Below, in pieces: positions 54,116 through 64,000 of a DNA stretch of 64,000 bases. A model generated the notes under the pieces. The model was not told where the DNA came from. It saw only the letters and a list, made by a program, of their open reading frames with translations, and ran no database searches. The stretch is from Selaginella moellendorffii. Taxonomy: Eukaryota > Plantae > Lycopodiophyta. A program made the position numbers and the translations under genes. Positions within the stretch are counted from its first letter, which is position 1. Each line of letters starts with the position of its first letter. The stretch lies in the NCBI RefSeq assembly GCF_000143415.4, contig NW_003314370.1:276295-340294 (forward strand), given 5' to 3'.

Positions 54116-56473
54116 GTTGTTGCGAATCCCGCAGGTTGTGAAGATCGTGGAGATCATGAGCACGGGAACGGACCACACGAAGCCGGGAGAAGCCCATCCC
54201 CATTTCCAGTCGAAAGCAACCGCGACCCAGTAGCATTGCTGCAAGAACAAACGAAGAAAAGTTTTCGGAAAAGCTAGCTTCGCAAGAACAAGAACAAAAA
54301 GGCTTACCCGCCAATGAAGCCAGCCGATGAGTAAACAGACTGCAAGAAGAGCTTTCCTCCTCCATCTCGAGCACACCACGCAGCGCTTCTTCTCGACTTT
54401 GGCCTCGTTTTCCAGAAGCTGGAGCAGGCCAGAGTCGGACTTTTCGTTCAGCTTCTTCCGTGACACCTTACTTCCTTCGCTCTTGCTCGTTTTTCCACAA
54501 TGCTTTGCTTGATGGGCTTCGCAGGCTGCTCTCTCGGCTGACAAACCGGCGATCACCACGCTTAGTGGCAAGACGACCATGTAAAGAAACGGCAAAACGA
54601 TGACCAAGACGTCCGGGGAAGCTAAGCCAGACTTTCCAAGTTCCTGAATGTGCCAACCTGTGCGGCTTAGATATCCTGCTGCATGGCCATCTCCAAATGG
54701 ATACCCCCAAAACCATGGAAGAAAAACTAGCCAAGTAACCAAGGCGAGTTGTCCCCACCATAGTCCGGCATTCCGAGACCCTTCCATGAAAATCCATCCA
54801 ACACTCTTCAGCGCATACTCCAAATACGAACCCCCGCTCTTCGTGTTCCAGGCCAGCACCGAAGAAACGAAGTTCTTATACGCCTTCTTCTGCTTGAGAC
54901 GAACGTACGCAAGCCTTGGCAGTAAAAGTACTGCGGCCAGCAGTCCAATGCTAAGCCAAAAAAGCAGCAGATAAGCATCGCCCCACTGTACTCCCATCAC
55001 GAGAAACTCCGAGAATCCCCACTTAAGTTCCGCGACTTTGCCGTCTACCGAAAACGGCCTAAGCTCGCTCGCAGTCTTCCTGCCTGAAGAATCAGTCACC
55101 AAAACTTCTAGCCAGTACCGCAGGGCCGACGGATCCGAGTACCTGTTTCTCCTCCATCTTGTCTCATAGAAAACTGCTTTGTTGTTGGGACCCCAAGTGA
55201 GTTGCATATCAAGTTCGTCGACCAGACGGAGAGAGCCCGACTTGCTGTCGTATACTTTTGCCACCGCAGATGTTATCGGCACCTCGGAGAACACAAGTGC
55301 TCGAATGCGATCACCGTGGTCTTCATCATCTCCAGTGTAAGCTGGATGCCTCTTCATAAACCGCGAATCCAAAGGATATGTCGGTAAGACTATCGTCGTG
55401 AAGTTCATCGTGCCGTCCAACCTGATATCCACGAACGAAGTGTGGCCGTGATCAAGTGAAAGCACTCGCACGGTCCTGCTGCCTCTCCAGTCCCCGATTT
55501 CCCACTCCCAAAACTCGTTCTTTCTGCTAGAGGTGCCACTGCCCGGGTACGAGTGAAGCCGATATAGCTGCTTTCCGAACTTGGTGTGGAGGTGGCCACA
55601 CAAGTATGCCGAGATGCCATGCCTCGCGAGAATCTCTTCGGGTCGTCTCCCTGATTCTGAAGAGGCCGTGAAAGACATTGGAAAGTGTCCAAACGCTACC
55701 TTGGCGGAAGAACTGGGTGCCTGCTTCTTTTCAAAGCCTTCGAGCAGGGACACCATTTTCCCAAGCATGGAGTCTGTCGGATGGCCAAACAGATTTGTTG
55801 GCCCGCGAAGCCCGATGGCCATGGTATCATCAAAGCCAAGAAACAAGTACTTCCAGCCACCAGGAACCTGTCAGAGAAAAAATTGTTTTCAGCTGTAAGT
55901 TTCACAAGCTCGAGGAATGATCCAAGTTAACGCACCGTGACAGTTGCCGCTTGAACAGGATCGACACGATTCATATCTGCACTGATGCTGTACCGAGAAA
56001 AGAAGTCCAGTTCGCGATTGGGAACACCAAACCTGTCATGGTTGCCACGAAGATCGAAGAACACACTTTGTGGCAATCGGCTCTCTTTCGATACGTGCTT
56101 CATGGTTTTCTGGTACTGCATCCACTCGGCTTCATCTTGCCTTGTCACAGAGAGGTCTCTGTTCTTGGCATCTATAACGAAAATGCAAGGGAATGTTAAG
56201 AAAAAAATCGTGGGAGAGTGCAAAATTACCAGTGAGATCGCCGGTGACGAGCACCAGAGCAGGCCGGACGAGCGCCAGAAACCGCGAGGCCAGAATCTCG
56301 AGATCTTCCGCTCGATTTGGATGAAAAACACTCACATGGAGATCGGAGATCTGAACGGCCCATGCGACAGCGTCTGGCGCATCTGAGAAATCTATCTCTG
56401 TCTCCTCGCACCTGATCCTGGCGAAGAGCGCGAGCGCGATCAAAGCTACTGGTAAGCGCCAGATAGGCGCCAT
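54089..56473 (-). CDS. Calcineurin-like metallophosphoesterase with C-terminal transmembrane region (TMEM62/At3g03305-like)
   Basis: Signal peptide; ISDLH, TGDL, RGNHD, GHFP, LCGHLH motifs; introns at ~56172-56229, ~55868-55934 and an in-frame 54239-54307. Confidence 0.92.
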
Positions 56474-57319
56474 AACCTAGACGAAATGAAAAATATTTTA
56501 GGGTTCTTGAGGGAATTACTTCATCCGTTTCCTACCAGGATAATAGAATTCTTCAGTCAGCCGGGAAATATTCTTAAACCATTAAATAAATTGACTTTCT
56601 ATTTTTCATAATAATTAATAAATAATATAGAAATGATAATTATTACTAACTGTCGTTAATAAATAGTATTTTCACATTTTTGGTTTGCTTAAGAAAGCTT
56701 GTAAAGATATACCTAGAATATGCTTTGATATTCTGGGATATTTTACCATCTAATTGTTTTATTAATTTAGATTAATCTTGTATTTATAATTTATAAACAG
56801 TATATTGTAGTGTTTATGAATTTTAAACATTCATTAAGAGTTGTTATTAATTATTGACTAGTTTAAATTCCATAAGTTTCCAGAAGTGCACTTGCCATTG
56901 CTCGAAGCAAATGACCAAAGTTGACACATTGTCTAAGGATATCATCCTGAACGGTGAAGGCGGGGATTAAATACACGTGGATATGTAAACTATATAATCC
57001 CTCACAAGCTCCATAATGCTTAAACTCAGTCCTTGAAAATTTTTAAGCCAAGAAAACATCGTTGCATTGTTTTAGCGTTTTTGTAAATATACTCCACGCC
57101 AGATCGTAACAAGAAGTCTACTCTCAAGGCAAAGAAACACGTGGAGCAGTGATCTTAACAGAATAGTCCAAGTCTAAGATTTTCTTTGTTGTCAAAGTCA
57201 AAAAGTTATTCAACCTGGGTGCCTATAAAATGTTTCTCGGCTCTTCTGGTCGATTGGGTTGCTTCGTGGTTTCGTCTCAGCACGTCTCGGCAAGCGGCCA
57301 CCCCGACTCAACTGCTGAT

Positions 57320-57665
57320 TCTCGCGCTCGGGCTCTTCCTCTCCTCTCGCGCTTGCTCTCTCCCTCTCGCGCTGGCGCTATCGTTCTCCCTCTCGCGCTT
57401 GCTCTCTCCCTCTCCCTCTCCCTCTCCCTCTCGCGCTCGCGCTATCCCTCTCCCTCTCGCTCTTGCTCTCTCCCTCTCCCTCTCTCGCGCTCGTGTTCCC
57501 TCTCCCTCTCGCTCTTGCTCTCTCCCTCTCCCTCTCTCGCGCTCGTGTTCCCTCTCCCTCTGGGCTCCCTCTCCTCTCACGCTTGCTCTCTCCCTGTCCC
57601 TCGCGCTCGTGCACTCTCCTTCTCATTCTCGCGCTCGTGCTCTCCCGCCCCGCCCCTCTCTCTCA
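57320..57665. repeat. Compound CT-rich microsatellite ((CTCTCC)n / CTCGCG units)
   Basis: About 345 bp of pyrimidine-rich iterated units, ending just upstream of a TTCCAG acceptor. Confidence 0.9.
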
Positions 57666-57705
57666 CACACATTTCACATTTCTCTTGGTCTGTTTTGTTT
57701 CCAGG

Positions 57706-58001
57706 ATGACGGGAAAAGAAGAGCTGAATGCTGCGGTGCGTGACGTTATCGAGCTCAAGGAGAAGCTCCATGACCTCCTGCGTGCCACGGAAATTGCCAT
57801 CGGGGACACCATGAATTCCTTCGACCGGAAGGAATTCAAGAAGGAGATAAATCGCATCCTACAGGAAAACCCCTACTCGCGATCGATTGCCCGGAAGGGG
57901 AGAGATGCAAGGCCAAGGCAAAGAAGCTCGAGAAGCTCGGGGAGGCCTTTGAACGGGCCGTGCTGACTGCAGGGGCGGCTGTGAATGAACTAGATGTTTA
58001 G
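57706..58001 (+). pseudogene. Unrecognised helical/coiled-coil peptide exon, copy 1 (probable frameshift)
   Basis: TTCCAG|GATG then MTGKEELNAAVRDVIELKEKLHDLLRATEIAIGDTMNSF. A second frame gives KAKAKKLEKLGEAFERAVLTAGAAVNELDV*. Paralogous to 63684-63806. Confidence 0.45.
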
Positions 58002-58143
58002 GTTGGTTGTTGTGAATCGCTTTTGTCAAAGACAGATCTCCACAAATGCGATCGAATTCCTGGAAAGAATTTTAAGAATATTCGCTACAATAAAAAAGCA
58101 GACCGAATATGGCTCTTTTGTTTTCTCTCGCTAGTTAGGAACG

Positions 58144-59211
58144 ATGCCAGCACACGCGGGATTACCAGACGCTCTTTGGTTCTATATCTTGTCCAAGCTA
58201 CTGGACGTTGAATCGCTAGTTCGAGCGTGCCTTGTTTGCAAGGAATGGAATACGTTTATTCGTGGAGATGGCAGCCAGATCAAGCAGAGGTGTAATTCTC
58301 CACTCTTGTTCCTTCATGTGGAATGGAGAAGGCTAGCGTGTTTCAACCCTAAAAGTGGCAAGATTTACAATCCTAACACTTTTTTTTTACCACCTGAACT
58401 GTCATTTTCGCCATCAAGCATTCCAGTGGCGAGCTCAAATGGTTGGGTGCTGTGGAGGTACATAGAAGAAGAGATGGTCTCTTTGGTGATAAACAATCCC
58501 TTGGTACCATCCAGCTCAGTGAAGCTACCACACTGCCGAGGAATAGACAGATTTTGGATTGAGCCTGAGAACTTCGCCATGCTTGCGGCAAAAGACGGCA
58601 GCAGCTTTTGCTTATCTTTTGTCAATGTTGATAAGATTTATGCGTATGCTTCTGCGGTTGGCCAAAACGAGTGGAAGAAGGTTAATAAGAATCTAAGATG
58701 GAGGAGACATAGGATTGCATGGACTGATTTTGAGCACTGCCACATCTTAGGGCAAAACGGCCATTGGGTTTACAAGCCTCAAACTGGTGAATGTGTGCTT
58801 GTGGGGAAAGTTGAAAGTTTGGAGGTTTATGCGAATGGTTTTGGATTAGTCTCATTGAGAGGAGAGCTCATCACTATGAGATCTGTCAGGAAGTCCATGC
58901 GTTTATCACTGGTAAAAAGTGTTGACGGTTTTGTAAAAGAGGAGGTAAAATGGGATTCTGGGGCCGTAGTTATCCATGACGGAAAGAAAGTGTTTGTGTG
59001 CTTGGATGATGAATTCTACTTTCTTCCAGGGACAAAAGCACAGATGGTGCTTGATTTGAAGACTCAAGTGTGGAGGGTGGAAAAGTTTGTGATGCCAATT
59101 AAACTTAAATGGTGCCCACTAATGACCGAAACCGATGAAGCTCGGCCATGGCCAGAAAATTGGCCTACGTCACACACATTAGCATTTGTTCCTAATCCAA
59201 AACTTACTTAA
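58144..59211 (+). CDS. F-box protein with putative beta-propeller C-terminus, intronless (copy 1)
   Basis: LPDALWFYILSKLLDVESLVRACLVCKEWNTFI F-box; VASSNGWVL and NPL motifs; terminal F.P. Confidence 0.88.
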   Translation: MPAHAGLPDALWFYILSKLLDVESLVRACLVCKEWNTFIRGDGSQIKQRCNSPLLFLHVEWRRLACFNPKSGKIYNPNTFFLPPELSFSPSSIPVASSNGWVLWRYIEEEMVSLVINNPLVPSSSVKLPHCRGIDRFWIEPENFAMLAAKDGSSFCLSFVNVDKIYAYASAVGQNEWKKVNKNLRWRRHRIAWTDFEHCHILGQNGHWVYKPQTGECVLVGKVESLEVYANGFGLVSLRGELITMRSVRKSMRLSLVKSVDGFVKEEVKWDSGAVVIHDGKKVFVCLDDEFYFLPGTKAQMVLDLKTQVWRVEKFVMPIKLKWCPLMTETDEARPWPENWPTSHTLAFVPNPKLT

Positions 59212-59952
59212 ATTTGATAAAGTTTTCATTTTCGTCTAGGTCTTTGCCAGCGAAGAGATGAAGATCGATTTGTCGCATGGGCCGTTCAATCGTCACGGTG
59301 GTGATTTTGCTCATGAGCTACTCTCTTGGACCTCCTCGCGATGGAGTTGCCTTTGTACATTTCGAGTTGGGCAGGACGAGAGCTGGCTCAAGAAATCTAT
59401 AGATCATAAAAAGACATGAGAAGTGAAAAAAAAAAGAAACCAAACCTGGCAAAACGGATCTACATAGAATGACATAGCTATTTTCATCTCAGCTGGGAAC
59501 TTCCACACTTGCGGGGTGACCAGCAAAGCTGCTGTGTTAGTGGAAAACCATGGAAGAACTTACCGAAAGAGAGCCGATTGCCACAAAGTGTGTTCTTCGA
59601 TCTTCCTTTCTCAAGAGATTGGAGCTCCTAACCTGTACCTGCCAATGGATCTTAAGTTAAACGACAATCACCACAGTGGAGTAACTGGCGCTTACAAGAG
59701 CTTGGACAAGCTTGGCACTCGTTGTCACTTCTCCCTGCGGAAAACTTGCTTGATTCAAACATCCAAGCCTTCATAGCACAAATTCCTGGGCTGTGTTCCA
59801 AAAGATAAGTTTTAATTTATTTATGTCTTGTGGCTGAGCTGGCAGAGAGGGGATTCGTGTCATGCCACTAGGCGCGAATCTTTATATCATTTGCGAATAT
59901 CCTCTACAATTAAAAGGTTATAAACATGTTATAAATCCTTTTCTGTACTCTG

Positions 59953-61026
59953 ATGTCAGCAGACGGCGGATTACCAGACGCTCTTTGGTCCTATATCTTG
60001 TCCAAGCTACTGGATGTTGAAACGCTAGTTCGAGCGAGCCTTGTCTGCAAGGAATGGAATACGTTTATTCGTGGAGATGGCAGCCAGATCAAGCAGAGGT
60101 GTAATTCCCCGCTCTTGTTCCTTAAAGTGGAACTAAGAAGGCTGGCGTGCTTCAACCCTAAAAGTGGCAAGCTCTACAATCCCAACACTTTCTTTTTACC
60201 ACCGGAAGTGTCAGTTTCGCCATCAAGCATTCCAGTGGCGAGCTCAAATGGTTGGGTGTTGTGGAGGTACTACACAGAAGGAAAGACGGTCTCTTTGGTG
60301 ATAAACAATCCCTTGGTACCATCCAGCTCAGTGACACTACCACACTGCCCAGAAATAAAGCATGATTGGATTGAACCTGAGAACTTCGCCATGCTTGCCG
60401 CGAAAGATGGCAGCAGCTTTTGCATATCTTTTGTCGACTTTGACATCTTTTATGCGTATTCTTATACTGCTGGTGGTGAGAACGAGTGGATAGAAGTTAA
60501 TGGTCCAAACTGGAGGAGAAATAGGATTGCATGGACTGATTTTGAGCACTGCCACATCTTAGGGGAAAGCGGTCACTGGGTTTACAATCTTCAAGCTCGT
60601 GAATGTGAGCTTGTGGGGAGTTTGGAAAGTTTGGAGAATTACAAGTATGGTATGTTTGGATTAGTATTGCTGAGAGGAGAGCTCATGACTGCGAGACCTG
60701 TGAAGAATTCTATGCGTTTATCACTGGTAAAAAGTGTTGACGGTTTTGTAAAAGAGGAGGTAAAATGGGATTCTGGGACGGTAGTCATCCAGGACAGGAC
60801 AAAGAAAGTGTTTGTGTGCTTGGATGATGAGTTCCACTTTATTCCATGGACAAAAGATTTAGTTCTTGATATGAAGACTCAAGTCTGGAGGGTTGAAGAG
60901 CTTGTGACGCCAATTAAATATAAATGGTGCCCGCTAATGATGGAAACGGATGAAGCTCGGCCATGGCCGGAATATTGGCATACGTCACACACATTAGCAT
61001 TTGTTCCTAATCCAAAACTTAATTGA
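59953..61026 (+). CDS. F-box protein, intronless (copy 2, tandem paralog)
   Basis: Colinear and highly similar to 58144-59211; same F-box motif. Confidence 0.88.
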   Translation: MSADGGLPDALWSYILSKLLDVETLVRASLVCKEWNTFIRGDGSQIKQRCNSPLLFLKVELRRLACFNPKSGKLYNPNTFFLPPEVSVSPSSIPVASSNGWVLWRYYTEGKTVSLVINNPLVPSSSVTLPHCPEIKHDWIEPENFAMLAAKDGSSFCISFVDFDIFYAYSYTAGGENEWIEVNGPNWRRNRIAWTDFEHCHILGESGHWVYNLQARECELVGSLESLENYKYGMFGLVLLRGELMTARPVKNSMRLSLVKSVDGFVKEEVKWDSGTVVIQDRTKKVFVCLDDEFHFIPWTKDLVLDMKTQVWRVEELVTPIKYKWCPLMMETDEARPWPEYWHTSHTLAFVPNPKLN

Positions 61027-61034
61027 AATGAAGT

Positions 61035-61990
61035 GGCAATAATTCTCTCAAGAACCCTAAAATATTTTTCAGGTTATGGAGGCGCTTAAGAAATCGATCT
61101 TTGTCGCCTCGCACCCGATCCTGGCGAAGAGCGCGAGCGGGATGCCACTGGGCCGTTCAGATCTCCGATCTCCATGTGAGTGTTTTTCATCCAAATCGAG
61201 CGGAAGTCTGGCCTCGCGGCTTTTGGCGCTCGTCCGGCCTGCCCTGGTGCTCGTCACCGGCGATCTCACTGGTAATTTTGGTCTCTCCCACGAACTTTTT
61301 TTAAAAAATTCCTTGCATTTCGTTCTAGATGCCAAGAACAGAGATACCTCTCTGTGAGAAGGCAAGACGAAGCCGAGTGGATACAAAACTATGAAGCACG
61401 TATCGAAAGAGAGCCGATTGCCACAAAGTGTGTTCTTCGATCTTCGTGGCAACCATGACAGGGTTGGTGTCCCCAATCGCGAACTGGACTTCTTTTCTTG
61501 GTACAGCATCAGCGCAGATATGAATCGTGTCGGTCGATCCTGTTCAAGCGGGAACTGTCACGGTGCGTTAACTTGGATCATTGCTTGTGAAACTTACAGT
61601 GGAAAACTATTTCTTCTCTGATAGGTTCCTGGTGGCTGGACGTACTTGTTTCTTGGTTTTGATGATATCATGGCCATCGGGCTTCGCGTGGCCAACAAAT
61701 CTGTTTGGCGACAGACTCCCTGAAAATGGAGTCCCTGCTCGAAGGCTTTGAAAAGAAGCAGTCACGCAGTTCTTCCGCCAAGGTAGCGTTTGGACACTTT
61801 CCAATGTCTTTCACGGCCTCTTCAGAATCAGGGAGACGAGGCATACTTATCCACACTAAGTTTGCAAATCATGTATGGGCTTCGGGCGGAGCTCTAGCAG
61901 AAAGAACGAGTTTTGGGAGTGGGAAATCGAGGACTGGAGAGCTTTCACTTGATCGCATTCGAGCTGTGTTCTCCAAAGGTGCCGATTACT
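61035..61990 (+). pseudogene. Inverted partial duplicate of the metallophosphoesterase gene (introns retained; deletions, stop, internal inversion)
   Basis: Near-identical reverse complement of ~55270-56515, e.g. RLPQSVFFDLRGNHD and KVAFGHFPMSFTASSESGRR; premature TGA at ~61355; several deletions. Confidence 0.9.
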
Positions 61991-62113
61991 GCTGTGAGCT
62001 GGTGTGGCGGCGGCTAAAGTCAGTTCCAGTTCCAGGTGATGTTGAATGTCTGTCTCTTTTTCTATAGTTTATTCATCTTTTCGTGGCATTTCTGAACAGC
62101 ATCTATGTCTCAG

Positions 62114-63050
62114 ATTGCGTCAGTCTTGATCGTCTTAAGGACATCGGTGGTGTACGAAGAGTCTCGGGATTATGCGGGACACAGGTGAGCTCTAAGTCGA
62201 CGTCGGAAGTTTCTGTCTTATTTGATGTGTCGTGCAAAGACTTGGCAGAAACAGATCACCGACGTTGTGCAGTATATTGAAGAGAGGCTTGACGAGGTCT
62301 GGAAGAGGTAAGAGTTCCTTGAAATAAATAAGTAAAAACTTATCCTTTGGAACAAAGATTCAAGCCCAGGGATGTGCCGAAAAACAGTAAAATGAGGCTA
62401 CAGGTTCGAATCAAGTAATGTTTAGCCGAGTTTAACTAGTAGCGAGGTGTTCTTGTAAGCGCCGTTTACTCCATTGTGGTGATTGTCGTCTAACTTGACA
62501 AGCTCCATTGGCAGGCACAGGGTAGGAGCTTCAATTCATCAAGAAAACGAGTTTGAACGCTTTCTTGCGCTTCTGAGCAACCGGCAGGTTATGTCTTCTT
62601 CTTCTGCTACTTATCGACCATACACAGGCGGGTCTAGCTACGGAGTTTGGAAGCGCAAGAGAACAAGACCAATGGCTTCAGATGGACGTTTCAACGTGAC
62701 TTCTGCACAGGTAAACAACACTTTTTTTTCTTTCTTACTTCGTTTACTCCCGCTTTAGATCGAAGAACCGGAGGAGGCAATCGATCTGGTGAGGTGGCGA
62801 GGAATTAACGAGACGAGCCCCAGAAAGTAAGCAGTCTCTAGAGCTGGTCCTAGTGCGTCTAACCACGTAATTCTTTCTGCCAGGAAACTTTGAAGACAGA
62901 GGGCACCCTTAGCAAGCAAGTCAAGTTCGACAGTGTCAAGGCAATTACATAGCTGCTTTTGTTTTGCAGGATATTCGGCTCTGTCAGACGTTCCGGAATG
63001 GTTTACGATTGTTTGATCTCTACGTACAATTTGCGTTTCCGGTGTTGGCA
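62114..63050 (+). other. Unknown spliced gene or gene relic (series of short exons and GT-AG introns)
   Basis: Repeated well-formed donors and acceptors (e.g. CAG|GTGAG 62184, GAG|GTAAG 62308, GTAAGC..GGCAG 62455-62514, CAG|GTAAAC 62711). No family recognised. Confidence 0.35.
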
Positions 63051-63683
63051 GGACTATAATGTGGTGCTTGGCCGAGATCTAGATTGCATCATTCTTTTGA
63101 AGGTAAGCTCTTTTTTTTAAAGTTGCGAGACAAATTTCTACCATCACAAAATTCCAGGTGGTATGATCGCTATAGTTTTTAAGCCCAAGTACGTGACAAT
63201 CGGAAGAGGAGAGTGAGCGGCATAGGTAAGAGTTTGGTAGTTTGGTGTTTCCTCGGTTCGATTTTTTCCTTTGTGTCACTTGAAGTTTGCACGAGCTTGG
63301 CGGCAAGGAGAGGCCGTGAAGATGAATGCACTGGAGAAAGGCATGGCTGTTCAAGGATTGGATGCGAGCCGTGAAGATGAATGTATTGGAGACAAGAGGA
63401 CGCCCATGGCCGAGAACAAATTGCGTAGAATAGAACTTTGACAATGCGGCACCGACGGCACACAAGATTCAACTAGAAATCTACAACAAGCTCACGCAGA
63501 GCCTTTTCGGCATCCAGAACAGCACGCTCGAACTTTTCTCCGATCTTCTCCAGTTTTGTTGCTTTGCGCTTCCCGATTTCCCCCATAGCACGAAGCCCCG
63601 GTTGCGTGTGAGTGCTCTTCTTCTACTCCCTCATCTCTCATCTCTTCCGTCTCTCTCCCTCTCGTTTCTCTTTCTTTTCCAGG

Positions 63684-63806
63684 ATGGCGGCAGAGGCGAT
63701 GCGCAATGTTCTGGCGATCAAAGGAGAGCTCCAGCGAATCGCCCGTGTGACTGAAGACGCCATCGGGGACACGCTCACTGGCTTCCGCCTAGACGAATTA
63801 CGTTAG
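63684..63806 (+). pseudogene. Unrecognised helical peptide exon, copy 2 (early stop)
   Basis: TTCCAG|GATG then MAAEAMRNVLAIKGELQRIARVTEDAIGDTLTGFRLDELR*. Shares GCCATCGGGGACAC (AIGDT) with copy 1. Confidence 0.45.
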
Positions 63807-64000
63807 AGAGCCGCGCAGACAAGAGCCGAGACGTTAGCGAGCCGCTGAAGAGCCGAGACGCCCCAGCTGGCCATTTTATAGAGCAGGATATTGACTTTTG
63901 ACTGAGGACTGCTTGGACTTTGACGTGATCCCGTAAAGATTTCAGTGACTTTGACTTTGATACGGGCAAAGAAGAACTTAATACAGGGCATTTTTTTTTG

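Noticed and set aside
57186-57743. Several Leu/Ser- or Arg/Glu-rich ORFs
   Set aside because: Translations of the CT microsatellite.
56500-64000. A defined Helitron or Pack-MULE carrying the accessory zone
   Set aside because: No convincing 5' TC / 3' hairpin-CTRR ends, TIRs or TSD found by eye; kept only as a hypothesis.

Overview
Eukaryotic plant nuclear DNA, very gene-dense with mostly 45-110 nt GT-AG introns and intronless PLS-class PPR genes rich in short tandem motifs. This style fits a lycophyte, most likely Selaginella (inference from style, no database search). Left to right: 3' end of a PIF/UNE10-like bHLH gene; a degenerate DEAD-box-like gene; a P-loop pseudo-exon followed by about 6 kb of decayed Ty3/Gypsy LTR retroelement sequence; two nsLTPs; SpoU methyltransferase; plasma-membrane H+-ATPase; PDS5; germin-like protein; AT-rich spacer; canonical PIN; NusB-domain gene; PPR; plastid SecA; small membrane protein; DUF4336-like gene; DYW-PPR; Kelch-repeat gene; PICKLE/CHD3; PPR-E; TMEM62-like metallophosphoesterase; then a rearranged 7.5 kb accessory zone. 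That zone holds two tandem F-box genes, scrambled inverted copies of the phosphoesterase, two copies of an unrecognised helical-peptide exon and an unknown spliced gene. The most notable observations are (i) PPR genes wedged into almost no intergenic space, one overlapping both neighbours in antisense, and (ii) the fragment-shuffling accessory zone. No CRISPR array, rRNA or tRNA gene was seen. Exon boundaries were read by eye and family calls come from recalled motifs.
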